NCBI RefSeq assembly: GCF_024521635.1
Contig: NW_026250406.1
Coordinates: 620,001-684,000 of the forward strand
Direction of reading: 5' to 3'
Length of the DNA: 64,000 nucleotides
Origin: Tricharina praecox
Lineage: Eukaryota
The notes under the pieces were generated by a model. That model saw only the letters and a program-made list of their open reading frames with translations. It had not been told where the DNA came from and did not search any database. Each line of letters starts with the position of its first letter. Within the stretch, counting starts at the first letter, position 1. Made by a program: the position numbers and the translations under genes. This document shows positions 1 through 12,480 of this stretch, one piece after another.

Positions 1-1462
1 AGTGCGGGACAGGCGGACCGACGTCGTATCGTGATGGAGATGACGGAGTAAGTCTTGGGCGTGCGGCCCGGCACGGTGCGGATGCAGTGTGCGCGGGGGT
101 GGTCAGCTTGGATGATTTGTGAGGGGCTTGGGAGTAGATACTTACAGCATGCACTCAAGTTACCTACTGGAAATGCTGTCCTTTCCTCACTGCGATCCCG
201 GCGTTCGTGTCCGTATGTGCCCTAGAGGTTCTCGGATCCATCGCTGTTGGGGTTGCTCGCTTCGCCTAGCGGGCCGAGACTCGAGTGTAGAACCGAAGCA
301 TCAAAGGATCTCAAGGGCGGCGTGGTTCTGGCGGTATGCGTAGGCACGAGGTGTGTATCAAAGGGTGGCTGCACTGTGCATTACCCGCGACGGTTGATTG
401 TGGTCGGTTACTCTAGCAGTTGGAGGTTCGAGCGGGAAAGATTCAAGCATACACAAATAAATTTACCTTCGCTACTATTCTTGGTACCGGTCTCCCGGGG
501 GCCTGAAGCACCAGTGCACTATCAAGATCGTGAGCGAATTATCGGATGGCGAGTGATCTCGCATGACGTCGGGCGCACAGCTTCTCGGTAAAATCGGCCG
601 CGCCGGCGGTTCGCAACGGAAGCTTGCCCACATCCCGCACAGCGCGCCCGGATCGCCACTTTCCTACAGACAAAGCTCAGGAGGCCCGCCACGCTTAGGG
701 TTACCGACGAGTCGGCGACAGCTTCCCAGAGTCCCAGTTGCAAGTGCGACCTTGATCGCGGTACCAAAAATAGAGCGAATAGTAGGTTAGATACGAAGTA
801 CCGGTGAAGGTTTACAGTTCATGGGGCAGTTTCAAGGTTCCCTGGCCTCCTCTCGAGTCTCAAGCCGGGTTAACCTCTGGATGGATGGCCGTGAGGTCTG
901 GGAGTAACCTTACCTGGAGATCGGGTTCGGGCAATCATTGATCAAGGAAGCCCTACACTCTACGAACCTACCGCTGTTGTTTCTGCATGTTGGAATTATG
1001 GTGAAAGTGCTGGAGTAGGTGGGTGGTGGTGGGTGTTTGGTAGTAGGCGCTGTCATCTCGACCTGCATGCATGCATGTACATAGAGTATGTCTGCCTGCC
1101 CTATTCATCTGGATATTGGATGCTTTCTTTCGTTCTTCTCCCCTCTTTCTCCTCCGTCCTCAAGTCTCGACATTGCATCTTCCCTCGCTTCATCATCTCA
1201 TCTTTACCACACTATACACACACCCGCGAAGAAAATCGGACGCGGTTAACTTGGCTTGCGGATTCGCGCGCGGATTTGCAAAGGTTAACGGCAACGTCGA
1301 ACGTCTCTACCACCGAAATTTCCGGTGCCGAAACTGCGCACTTTTCTTCACTCATCCCATCGAAATCCACAACCTCACCTCACATTCCTTCACCTCCACG
1401 GCCGTCCCCCCCACGCCACTTCGCCTCGACCTCGCCGCCACCACGCCTCGACCTCACCGAAA

Positions 1463-1936
1463 ATGCCCCCCTACCCACCCCCCACGTACCACCGCCCGAC
1501 TCCCGCCTGGGTAATAATCGGCCTCCTCACGTCCTTCCTAATCCTAATCCTCGAAGCGACGCTGTTCCAGAACCGTGACATCTACGCCTCGTACATCGTC
1601 GGTCTTACCTACACTAGCGCGATAATGATAACCTGTTTCTTCACGCTGCTCGGCCACCTGCTCGTGCGGCGGTACCCGCGCCTCGCGCCGTACCTCAATA
1701 TCGATATCGACCTGGCGAGCGTCATGACGCTGCGTGGAGGAGGCAGGGGAGGAGGACGCGAGATGGCCGAGGGGAGGAGGAGGGCGAGTATCGGCTGCTG
1801 GGTCGAGAACACACCTGCGCCGGCGACGGCGACAATACCGCCAATACCGCCACCACCGCCGCCGACGCTGCACAGAGCTGTTACGACGGAAACGTGGGCG
1901 ACGAGTGATAGCTCGCGGGGGGAGCCGGAGCCATGA
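1463..1936 (+). CDS. Hypothetical small membrane protein (~157 aa, two TM segments, Pro-rich tail)
   Basis: ATG at 1463 (AAA ATG) in frame with ORF 1325..1936. Hydrophobic stretches WVIIGLLTSFLILILEATLF and YIVGLTYTSAIMITCFFTLLGHLLV. GC-rich third codon positions. No family recognised. Confidence 0.55.
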   Translation: MPPYPPPTYHRPTPAWVIIGLLTSFLILILEATLFQNRDIYASYIVGLTYTSAIMITCFFTLLGHLLVRRYPRLAPYLNIDIDLASVMTLRGGGRGGGREMAEGRRRASIGCWVENTPAPATATIPPIPPPPPPTLHRAVTTETWATSDSSRGEPEP

Positions 1937-3900
1937 GTTGTGTGTGTTCCTATGTTTCCTGCACGCCTTGTGCTCAGGCACTTGCGGAAGTGCGGGTACG
2001 CAGGAGGTAAGGGCAGATTGAGTGCACCAACACACTCGGATACTCCTTGCGGATGAATGATTTACGGATCGACGTTGATACCCGATTATGATGTGCTTTT
2101 GCAGCCCCGGCGGATTATTACAGAACCATCGTTACTGTTACTGTACCTACTTCTACTGTTCTGCATACCGAGTTCGGACTACAGATTCGATTCGGACTTG
2201 GGGCTTGTGTTGGAACTTGGATGGGATAATTGGAGGGATTGTGGATTGTGGATTGTATTATTGTAAAGGGATTTGTACAATATTGATTGTGAATATGTGT
2301 TATGAAGTGATAAAAAACACAAGGGACTGAACTCAGGACTCGGGAGTTGAGTTTTTAGTAGTTGTAGGGGGAGACTTCACTTCCGAACTGCGAAGTCACG
2401 AAAAAGTAACGCATGAGCCGAGCGAGCTCGAGGAGAACCCGTAGACCGTCCCTCTCCCAGCACACGGACTCACGTGACACGATCAAGTAGGATGTGAAGT
2501 CAGGCCCAGGGCCGGAAAAACGAGTCTCCGATCGCTCTGGAAAAAACTAGCAAGATCTAACTGCCGGAAGGGAGCGGGACTTGAATACGGACCGCGCATA
2601 TGATAGAACCTCCCGCTTCTTCCGTGTGGGGGGCCTGAATTCTGTACGCTTTGTACGGATCTACTAAAAAGGTTAATGGGTAGCTACTTTAGATAGGAAC
2701 GGTCCTCCACTTCCATCACGACACTATTCTTACATCATAGCAGTCAGACGTCCTGTCGTATGTCTTATATAGGATCGGACAAGGGATCTACCACCGCAAC
2801 CCTCAGCGGTATCCACGGGGTATCACTCGACTCGACCATCTAACCCGTTCGGAAATAATGTATTACTGGTAATCGTGATTTCGACGGCCACTGCGTCCCA
2901 CTGCACTGTTGTAGGTACAATGAATGAAGACACCGCGCCCAGCTGCGAATTCTTCCTCACCTCAGCACTACTGCTAATCGATCGAAACATCGCCGGGCCC
3001 GGGGGAGCTTCGTCGAGGCCGGATAGATTTGACGAACGATTACAGTTTCTGCCCGCCGAAACACTCCTCTCCCTTGTGAAAGATGTCCGATCGGAAGTGT
3101 GATTCGACAAGATACACAACTTGTGTGTGAGTGTTGAGGGAAAAGGGGATTCGTTTTGTCGCGTACGCGAGAGGGATGAATGCCGAGCGGTACGTTAGAG
3201 TAGGTTTGGCTTAGCTGTAGACGATGAACTGTGTTTGTACATACTATCGAGGTAACTACTGTGGGGTTCTGGAAGTCACAGGATCCGTCGGATGTATCAT
3301 AATCTCTTGAGATAGGTACTAGAAGTTTCGGATGCAGATATCGTTACGATTCACGAGAAAAAGTCACAGAGACACAACTATCATTATAAACGTCGCCTTC
3401 ATTGCCAACCCATTCCATGTTAAGCCTTTTTCTTTCTGTATAGGCTATTCTTTGCAAAATATTGCAATTCTGGTCGAATCCACCTCCATCGGAATGGCAT
3501 CGGCGGCAGCTACTTCGGAGCTGATACCTTAGCTTTTTCAGCTGTTCAGCTCCGGAGCTAGGCAGGAGCTGCCGAGGGATCTAACCGGTATAACTGGTAT
3601 TGAAGACGCCGCCGAGTGCATGGTCGAGGTTTGTTTCGGTTTCCGGTCAAAAGTTAGATCATATTGATGAGGAGCAGCGGATGATGGAAAGATACCAACC
3701 ACACACAAATCGAAGGAACCTGACGATGAAAAGAAACACGCAATTCGAAATCAAACACACTGAACCGCCAGCCAGCCAAGCTCAGAAGCTCCACCGACCA
3801 ATGACCAATGACGCCGAGTGATCAAGAATCAAACCAGAAGAAACAACCACCAAATGTGGCCGTAACCAGCACTCGAAAAAAGCAGAGATCATCGTGGATG

Positions 3901-4113
3901 AATCTCACGTAGAATCTTGTCGACTTGTCGTGGGATTTATGGGGGAGGCAAAGGCCTCCGCCATTCATGGAGGAACCGGCCGCAATGGGGGTTACCACAT
4001 AAGTGGTAAACCCCACAGAACGGCTGGACTAGGCCCACGTCGATCTCTCTTGAGTGATGGGACAGTCTGTCCCATCACCCAGATTCTCCATCTGTCTTAG
4101 ACAGATGGAGAAT
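3901..4113. repeat. Cluster of five consecutive inverted repeats/hairpins
   Basis: AATCTCACG..CGTGGGATT (3901-3937), GGAGGC-AAAG-GCCTCC (3944-3959), GGGGTTACCAC-ATAA-GTGGTAAACCCC (3988-4014), perfect 12-bp arms with 1-nt spacer (4054-4078), perfect 15-bp arms with 1-nt spacer (4083-4113). Confidence 0.85.
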
Positions 4114-4130
4114 ATCGATCCACCGACTGA

Positions 4131-4597
4131 CTTTTACAACAAATCACATCGTCAGCGCGGTTGTTCGAGCAAGCATCAAGTGGGAGTGGGAGTAGTGAGT
4201 CTGCGGAAACTTACTCGGCGCATCTTCCAGGAACTGCATTAGTCCTGGTGTGTCTCACAGCTCCACAATGTGGGCATCGCACAACCTCGTTGTTTCCTTC
4301 CAGGTCTTTAATCTCGGCGATAACGGGAAAGTCGAAGGGTGGTGGGGTTGCGGGTCTGCAGCCCAATGGCGAATCCTCAGCTGCGATGGCCAGAGCTGAT
4401 TCTGCAGGGTTTTCAACTGTAAGTTAGATCCTATTGATGATGAGGAGCAGCAGATAATGAAAACATACCAAGAATAGCGACCAATCTAATGTTGGCCAAC
4501 CGACATCCATCGGAATGGTATCGGCGATTGCAGCGATGCTCACACACGACGTCGCCGACGTGTGTGAGCAAACACTGGAGCCACGAGGACTCGACAT
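4131..4597 (-). pseudogene. LITAF-like zinc-ribbon gene remnant (N-terminal CxxC half only)
   Basis: Exon 4215-4416 reads ..IKDLEGNNEVVRCPHCGAVRHTRTNAVPGRCA, like the first half of a LITAF domain. It lies between an upstream acceptor (CTAAC..CAG, 4417) and a GTAAGT..GCTGAC..AAG intron (4131-4214). No HxCxxC half found; the hairpin cluster follows. Joining to ATG 4597 needs a non-consensus donor. Confidence 0.35.
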
Positions 4598-5640
4598 CGG
4601 ATCTAAAGAACTGTGTTTAGAGAAAGGAAATAAACTCGGATATGCTCGGGGATAATCACTGCATGGTAAGTAAAAACTCTGACTCTTAAAGTCCTTGATG
4701 CAGTGTTGCAAAGAAGTTGGTGTTGTAAAGACAAGAAGTTGAAGTATTGTGAAGAAGGAGGAAGAAGACGGAACGATGGAAGTTCCTGATGTGTTTATAG
4801 TTGGCGCGCCGTAGCGTGAATCATTTTTTGTTTGGGGCAAGTTGGAATAGAATATTTCAATTCAGTATATTATACCGACACTGCACGTGACGTATGATTT
4901 GTCGAGGTGATTGCATCGCTTCGTCGGCTAGTTACGACCCCACCTTTCAGCTTTTTCCCACAAGCAAACACACTACATATGCCAGGTATCTATGTATATC
5001 TGATCGATCAAATTGCACACAACGTTCGTAATGCCGTGTGGGGTCAATTAGGTGCCGTGATACAATAGTCTCTGTACACGCGTTCGCATCTGCTTGTGCG
5101 TATATTTCCGTGAGCCCCAGGCTATGCCAGACGAGGAGATATGTAATTACCACTTCTCTGTCTCCGCTCGACCGTAGGCTTTTGGCAGAACTGTATATTC
5201 GATCGTAAAACAAATCCATCACCAGGCACGGTTGACCAATCTACATGCCTACGTCGCACCATCACCACCGTTGTCTCCCATACGACAGTCTTGATGGCGA
5301 ACAGCTGGATCTGTCGCGGCCACGGAGAAGTCGTCAGCCTCGTTTCTGTAAGCATCTTGAGAAAACACGACTTAATCGATCACCTCGCCAGTGTCGTTGC
5401 CTAATCGTGTAAAGGTTCACTGGGGGGCTGGGGAGAGCAGCGCGTCCGTGACAGGAGATTGACGATCAGGAGTGCACGGTATCATTCAAGAACGGACGCT
5501 CAATAAGACAGGCACGCGGGTAGCAAAGTTCGCGTTTGGTCGCAAGGAATGGTTCGCACCACGAGCACTTGAAGACTCCGCGACGGGGACAGCAGCGAAC
5601 GGATATAATGGTGCTAATTTCAAAACGCAATACTACTCTC

Positions 5641-6567
5641 TCAATTATCCGAGCTCCACTTCTCTCTCCAGCCCTGCGCGACATGCTCCACCGTAGCCTT
5701 CTCAAGAAACGCCCATCCTTCCTCCTCGAAGCTGCACTTCCCTTCCTGCCAGCCCTCTATGTACTTGTCCACGCGCGTCTCCTCCACCCCATCATCTACT
5801 CCCACAAACCATTCCTTCTCGTTCCCCTCCACGCGCAACGTGTCCTTTGCGACGTCCCACATCACCCCGCCTCCAGCGACTGAGTGCTTGTAGAAGCACA
5901 TCTCCCCGCACTTTCCACAGAACAGCCGCTCCACCTTCGCCGAGCTCTCGTACGTTCGCAGCGCTTCCAACGAGGCCGCGGGGATATCGATGAGCGAGCG
6001 CGGGACGAAGGTCCAGTTCCAGTAAGGAGCGCCGGTGGTGGTGCGGCAGGTGCGGCAGAAGCAGAGGGTGGTGGCGAATTTGCGACCACTGCGATTGTTA
6101 GCTCGGCTTGAAGTTCGGGTGCGGGGAAGTAGATACGGCTTGATCCAGTCTTTCAGTACGGCATCGTCTTTGTAGTTTTCTGGCGGGCGCAAGACGCTGA
6201 AAGTGACGGCGCCGCAGAGGCAGCGGCCCTTCAGAGCCTCCTCCTGCGGATCATCCCCCTCGCCGGCCGACAGTGGCTCCGGCTTCATCCCATGCTCCCA
6301 TCTGATCGTAGTTCCCCCAAGCACAGCGGCGCTCGCAGCGTCCTTTGGAATGTCGATGCAGCCGATCAGTGGGCTGACTCTGCCCCCGCCCTCGTGTCTC
6401 GCCAAGCGCGCGCCGCAGTATCCACAGAACAGCAGCTCAGCTCCGCCGGCATCACAATAAGTGGTGAGGAAGGTGTAAGCGGGGTGATCGAGCGTATATC
6501 CGTTATCGTCGGTGACGAGGTTCAAGCTGACGTTGCGACAGTGGCAGAGGAGATGAAGCGGAGGCAT
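5641..6567 (-). CDS. GFA / CENP-V (Mss4-like, glutathione-dependent formaldehyde-activating enzyme family) protein; one probable 48-nt intron
   Basis: Full GFA Cys pattern GRCLCGAV..LCFCRTCR..YESS..RLFCGKCG, plus a degenerate N-terminal copy (LCHCRNV..LFCGYCGA). Probable intron 6089-6136 (GTATCT..GCTAAC..CAG), giving 292 aa when spliced. Confidence 0.9.
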   Translation of the reverse strand: MPPLHLLCHCRNVSLNLVTDDNGYTLDHPAYTFLTTYCDAGGAELLFCGYCGARLARHEGGGRVSPLIGCIDIPKDAASAAVLGGTTIRWEHGMKPEPLSAGEGDDPQEEALKGRCLCGAVTFSVLRPPENYKDDAVLKDWIKPYLLPRTRTSSRANNRSGRKFATTLCFCRTCRTTTGAPYWNWTFVPRSLIDIPAASLEALRTYESSAKVERLFCGKCGEMCFYKHSVAGGGVMWDVAKDTLRVEGNEKEWFVGVDDGVEETRVDKYIEGWQEGKCSFEEEGWAFLEKATVEHVAQGWREKWSSDN

Positions 6568-6810
6568 CCTTTGATGGTCGAGGTGAGGATAAGGTTGATT
6601 GTATTGTCACCGGCGCCGAATGTGGCATCCGAATTGCGGGGACGCAGGGTGTGACGTCATGCGGTACATGCATTGGCCATCACTCGTGTTGCTGCTTTGG
6701 GAGGTACGCAGGCGAGAGCGCCAATTTTAGGGACACTGGTGACTGTGGTTTGTCCCAATTGTGCAACCGTCAACGAACACCCCTCGAGAACGACAACCAA
6801 ACTCACCAAA
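6568..6810. promoter_or_regulatory. Short divergent intergenic region with CRE/ATF palindrome
   Basis: 243 bp between the GFA ATG (minus, 6567) and ATG 6811 (plus). TGACGTCA at 6652-6659. Confidence 0.35.
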
Positions 6811-7500
6811 ATGGCATCAACATCCTCTCTGGTGCCCGATTTGAACGGTGAGTTGCGATTTTCATCTTCCATTGACTATGCGGGTGTATTCTTGCGCTCT
6901 TTACCAACTTGCAAGTTCACTAGGCACTGGGAGCGCAATCCATAGCGCTGGCTCCGTCACGGACCAGGGCTTCGCTTCGAAGGGGCAGAGTCGTCAACCA
7001 TCCGAAGACCAAGCCGCCCAGACCGCCGACGCGATGAAGATAGCACATGACCTGCAAAGTGCCACTAAATCCAATTTTCAGTCCGATAATTCAATAAACT
7101 CGAACAATGAGAAAGGAAATCCTGAAAATCGAAAGCAAATCAACCACGACTTGTCGAATGGCGTCGGTGAGCCTGCCGGGCGGCCCTCCGGTCCAGTTTT
7201 CAAGGGTGAATACTTCTTTCACTCCCGTTCCTATTTCCAATTCTACGTGGGGTGTTGATATTTTCCCCAGTCCGATGGGGACGCTGTCCCCGGACAGCTC
7301 GCGAAACCAAAGTCCCGAGACGGACATCGCCAACCAAATGCTCGAGATGCAAGAAAGTCGTGGATGATGGGGGCCCGTACAAGAAGTTTTTGCTCTGTAC
7401 GAAATGCTTCTGCAAAAGGGTAACGGACTTGGCGGACGAAGATGGCTGGACACCGGAGGAAGCTGCGGAGTTCATCCGGATTGCTAATTTGGGGGTTTAA
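6811..7500 (+). CDS. Hypothetical 3-exon protein with C-terminal CxxC..CxxC motif
   Basis: Exons 6811-6847, 6924-7205, 7271-7500 join in frame across GTGAGT..TAG and GTGAAT..CAG introns. C-terminus KCSRCKKVVDDGGPYKKFLLCTKCFCK. Branch sites are weak. Confidence 0.45.
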
Positions 7501-10500
7501 CGGGTTGGGGAGGCGTTTTTCTTTTGTGATGGAGTTCCGGCTTGATAATGTAATAGATTTAGTGGCTCTTTTCTCTGGTAGGCACGTAGAAACCTGCTGT
7601 GTGTTATGTTTCAAACTCGCAATGGATCCCGGAAAATTTCACATCGCGCACAGCCTCGATAGGTTCGAAGAGCCTCCTCATAGTTGCTTGGGTAGTCTGT
7701 TAGCCCCATTTCAATCGTATATGGATTGATGTAACAGAATTGGTCGAAATGCGTGTTTAAAAGGCGTAGAGTTGGTACCCGCTCCATGCTACTTGCTTCG
7801 TCACTTGCGCTCCATCCTGCATGAAACGACAACCCACCCGGTTCCTCCCATAGCAGCTCGAATCCTTCTCCCTAGACGGCAACAGACCCACTCTTCTCCG
7901 TCGCAATTCCTATCATTTCTCCTCACTTGAAGATAAAGGAGGATCACTTTCATTCAAAAGCAGAGCATCCACTATTCGTCCAATCGTCCACTATCCGTCT
8001 AATCGTCCAGAGTTCGCTCGAACACGGCGCCTGACCAACCTGTCTTCATTACTTGACTCGAAAGCGGTATCCTCACTTATCGGCATGAATCTACCCTCCC
8101 TGCGGACACAGCTTTCGTGTCGCAGCGGCATCTCCGTCGGCGGATATCGGCTCGGTCAAGAATTACGCAGTAACTACGACAATGTTGCCGGTTCCGCGGA
8201 TCGCTGGCGGTGATCAGGGACAACACCCTCTCGGAGGCTTCAGCAGATCATCCGCGATCTCAAGAGATATCTCTCAAGAGTTCACGGGAAAGAAACCAAA
8301 TCTCACGGCAACGATCCCCATTCGGCTTTCTGCAATGTCCCTGGTTCTGTACATTTCGATTCGTCACCACGGAGGAGATCGATTCCATCCCGAAATCCCC
8401 CGGAAGGTAATAGGGATGCTACACCTCTGTGGGTCTTTTCCGTCTGGCTTTTAGACGACTCCCTGGTCTCAGACTCTCAGGGTTATGAGCAATCGTCTAC
8501 TCGGAAGAGGACGGATGGAATGGATCAGGGTGGTAGAGGCAAGCGGCTTGGGATGTATGGATACCTCCCGTATGTCGCTGTTATTACGACTTACTGATCT
8601 TTTAGGAATGTCAATGCCCCACAGGAGATCGACTGCCCAGGAGACAGACTACAGGGCGCTTCGACGCGGTGAGGCCGAGTGCACGGTTGGTGCAGAAGAC
8701 GACTACATCGGACGGCTAGATGCGTGTTACTCCCGATACTCTCGAGCGAACAATCATGCACATCGCCATCGATATTGGCCATGGTCTGGTTATCTTTTGC
8801 TTACGGTTCGGTCCGGCTAGCGACTTCGGGAGCTGCTACATTACTCTTGCACCTGGCACATATGTTTATGAGAGGACGGATGATACAATTATTGTTTGCC
8901 TCACGGTAAAACTGCTTCATTCTCTATATTACAGTAACGTGAAGCTGACTGAGAGAAAGGTGGATACAACTTCATTTCGATCTCCAACTCGGCATCCGCA
9001 AGCACTAAAAGAACGAGGACAACGAGGGAAAATTTGCAGTAAAGATGGGAGTCCCTAGGCTTCCGGACGACTCCCTGATTTCAGGTGTTAGCCGCGATGG
9101 GGTCCTGCATGCCGACTCTAGTCTCACCGCGACCACACGCGGCACAAGTCAAAGGCTGTGAACACTCCAAATCATCTTTTTGTTCACAATCCCGCTTTAT
9201 GGCACAGGCCACTTCGGAATTTGTTCCAACCAGTGGATAGCCGTGCCGAGAGGATCCTGAGAGATGCAATGCAAATGGTGTCTTCGGATTTCGTGAAGGC
9301 CGAGATGCCACGACCAGCCTTTTACGAGAAAGGAAGGGTGGATTGCCGGCCTGAGATTCCAGTTGAGGTTGGTGTTGGTGAGAATGTGGGACCTCGCTGC
9401 GGAGGGGGTTGGGATGATGGGTGGAATGGGTGGAATTGGTATCTGCATGAAGTCAATTTTATCGACCTCGATTCAAAATTCAAACCCCTGAAGATGTCAG
9501 TCCCTGTGGTCTAATCACGTCTTTGGTTCCCTGGAGAGAGATCCACTATCACCCCATTCCCGCACGACGGCAGTCCCACCATTATCTCTGCATCTTTGGA
9601 TCTTCCCCATCGACTTGGCCCGTGGTACTCCCGAAGTGTACCCATTCTTCGAATAGAAAGCCAGAACGGCCAGCCCCACCGGATGACGGTCAAATACGGC
9701 GGAAAGATCGTCTGAAGTGTGGGATAAACGTGATGAGTGGGAAGCACCCACGTCGGCCTTTACTCCGAAGGTAGTTATCCGCCCGCAGCCACTGCTACCC
9801 CTCCGGCTGTTAGCTAACGATGTGTCTCGTAGTGTCAGCGCAACGGCATTCCACGGCTTCTTCGATCACGGCACCCGGCGGTCTGCACGTACGCCATATC
9901 CCTACGTGGTCAGGCAAGCAACAGCGGCGGCTTTGTGCCGTCAATCACCACCACACCGCCGATGGCGTTGCTGGAGAGGGAAGACTCAAACATGGGGGCT
10001 CAGCGATGGGGACGTTTGCGAAACATACACCGGGTCTTTCCTATCATGAACCACGATTCGCGAGGAGTTAAACACAGTTACGCTACTACAAAGCCCACGC
10101 TGTGGGATAATCACGACATGTCTGTTGCAACGCACTCACAACATGCTGTGTGGGGTTATTTGAGTATCCGGCCTTCGCAACGTAAGCTGCACCACCGCCG
10201 TGGAGTTGGAAACGTACTGACAATGGACATTTCACGCAATCTGGGAATTGAAGGGGGAAAAGGACAAAAACAAAACAAAAGCACATATTCTTCTTGTCAA
10301 TCCGCTTGTACTATAGCAATTCAAATTTCAACCACACGCTGCCGCTTCGGATGCGTTGCGAAAAGCAAAAAGGAAGGAAAATGGAAAAGAAAGTAACCAC
10401 TGTTGGGGGATTTACTAAAGCAACCCCGCCCAAACGGTGGCTACTGCTGAAATTGTTTTATGAGGCGTTACAACGGCGCAGCTCCTACTCCTCCTTCGTG

Positions 10501-10770
10501 CGCCTCCATCAGGTTCTGCATCTCTTCGTCCAACTTCTCCTCCTGTTTCTCCTCCACGTCGATCTCCTCCAAGTCCTTCTTCTCCGGCCACTGAACGTCG
10601 ACGCTAGTGGGCATGGGGATCTTCACCGACACCACGCCGTGCGGGGCGCGCTTCGAGCCTCTAGGCAGGCGGCAGAATGTGAAGGCGGGCTCCCTCAATT
10701 TCCCGTATTGTACTCTGAAAGCTACGTCTCGGCGAGCCGCACCATGGTGCTGGGCGCGAGCGAACAGAGG

Positions 10771-10870
10771 CCGGCCATCTTATTGCGGGCCGGCTTCGAA
10801 GCCGGCCGTCTTGTTACTGGTTGGCTTCGAAGCCAGCCGTCTTGTTCCTGGTTGGCTTGGAAGCTGGCCG
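10771..10870. repeat. 31-bp minisatellite, ~3.2 copies
   Basis: Units resemble CCGGCCGTCTTGTTACTGGTTGGCTTCGAAG. Confidence 0.8.
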
Positions 10871-11837
10871 CCTAGGTAGTTCTGCGGGCGCGGTGTCAGA
10901 TGCAGTGCGATAGGAGTGCTGGTCGTGCTTGCCTAGGCGGCCCTGCGGCCAGCCGTTGTGGCAGTAGTGAGCTTGGGGGTGCCTTTACGGAGATTTGAAG
11001 TTCTTCCAGACATTTCTGGTATCCAAGTTAGTGTTGCGTATTTGTCATATGCGCCTCGTTGCGCCTCCTCGAGTGCGCCTCGGGAATCCTGTTTATTCTC
11101 AAACTTACGCTTGCTGCTGTCTGGTGTGTCTAGCTGCCAGTAGCAGGTCATCCGCTGTTCTTTGCGAATGAATCAAGCAACTGAAACATCGCACTCATCT
11201 TCCTAACAGTTAAAATTCATTATTTGCGAGTGAGTGTGTGTGATAACGTATAACACGGATCTACTTACTTGAGATGGTAGACTTGTGAAGGTTCGATATT
11301 AGAATGTGGTGTTGTTGAAGTTGACGTAGAGAGTTGTGTGAAAGCGAGATGTGTGTGATGAAGAGAAGAAGAGAAGAGAAGTGGGTGGGCGCGGGGGGGG
11401 GGGGGGGGGGTGGGGGTTTATAGGTGCGTTGGTGCGCTAGGCTTGTTCGGGCCCTAGGGTTGAGGATAAACTTCCATGTCTGAGGCTGGCGAGATTCGAA
11501 AATTCGACCCATACTTTTTGCTAGATTGATTTACTGTTTTCTTCGTCTTGTAGCATATTCCACATCAAGCGCCTGTCCACGCTGCGCCACAGCGCCCGCA
11601 CGTTAGAAAATGATACTGAAAAAATTGCTGTAAATCTGTACTTTCTGAAGTTGCTTCGAAATTGTAATCTTTTGAGGCTTATTTCAGTTCTCTGCCGGTA
11701 GAGAACAATCCATCTTGCATTCACTCAGTCTCTCCTCTCGCTGGGTGTATGTCGAACGTGAGGCGGCACTGTGAGGGGAGGCCGAAGAAGCATACCGGTT
11801 CTCCACCGAGATACGAGCTTTTATCTTGGTTAAGTCT

Positions 11838-12480
11838 GTGGCACCACCAGCAGTGATCATCATCTCGCTGCATGATCTAGTTCAAGTACGTACCTAGGTA
11901 GCTGTGAGGGCGTGCCCCGCTGTGCTGTGGCTCTCAAGCAGCGTTTCACACGTCATCGATAGAGGAGTGAGTAGCATCGCATATGACGTCCCTCCCCCCC
12001 CTTTCTATATCTTTCTCCCCTTCTTCCCAACCCACCATCAACATCATCACTCTCCTTCTCCCTTCTTCCTACCCTACCATCAACACCCCTCCATCCTCAC
12101 GACAACTCCCTTATCTCTTACCATAACCTTCCTCCACCTCTCTACATTCACACACATCCCCACTCCCCCACACAACCCCAAATTTCTTCTCCCCACTCAT
12201 TTTCACCAAACCAATACCACCCCCGATCAATCGCATATCAATCCCCCACTGATCCGCGAGATGTACAACCACTTATCTCTTACCATCGTCACGCCTGCAT
12301 CGTCACGACTCACGACAATGTCTCCACTTCAATTTCATCATGACAACTCCCTTATCTCTTACCAACACTATCCTCCACCTCTCTGCAACCCCCGATCCCA
12401 GAAAGTTTGGCCGCTACTATCGTCCCTGCCTGCACACCGGTCATCCTTTTCCTAGCTCCGCCTACGACATGACTACGCCC
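11838..12480 (+). repeat. Repeat family R1, 5' part
   Basis: Colinear similarity to 24927-25660, e.g. GCACCACCAGCA.TGATCATCATCTCGCT and CCCCGATCAATCGCATATC.ATCCCCCACTGATCCGCGAGATGT. Confidence 0.85.

Noticed and set aside
1..150. Possible 5' end of a minus-strand gene (ATG CT|GTAAGT, GCTGAC)
   Set aside because: Runs off the window and is too short to support a product call.
696..955. TAGGG...CCCTA ends suggesting a hAT MITE
   Set aside because: The TIR match is short and there is no convincing 8-bp TSD.
8040..9514. Intron-like signals and protein-like ORF pieces on the + strand
   Set aside because: I could not build a stop-free spliced model or recognise a family. Probably a decayed gene.
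10468..11425. Minus-strand TATA, leader intron and ORF pieces
   Set aside because: Multiple stops and a 31-bp repeat break every frame; no recognisable domain.
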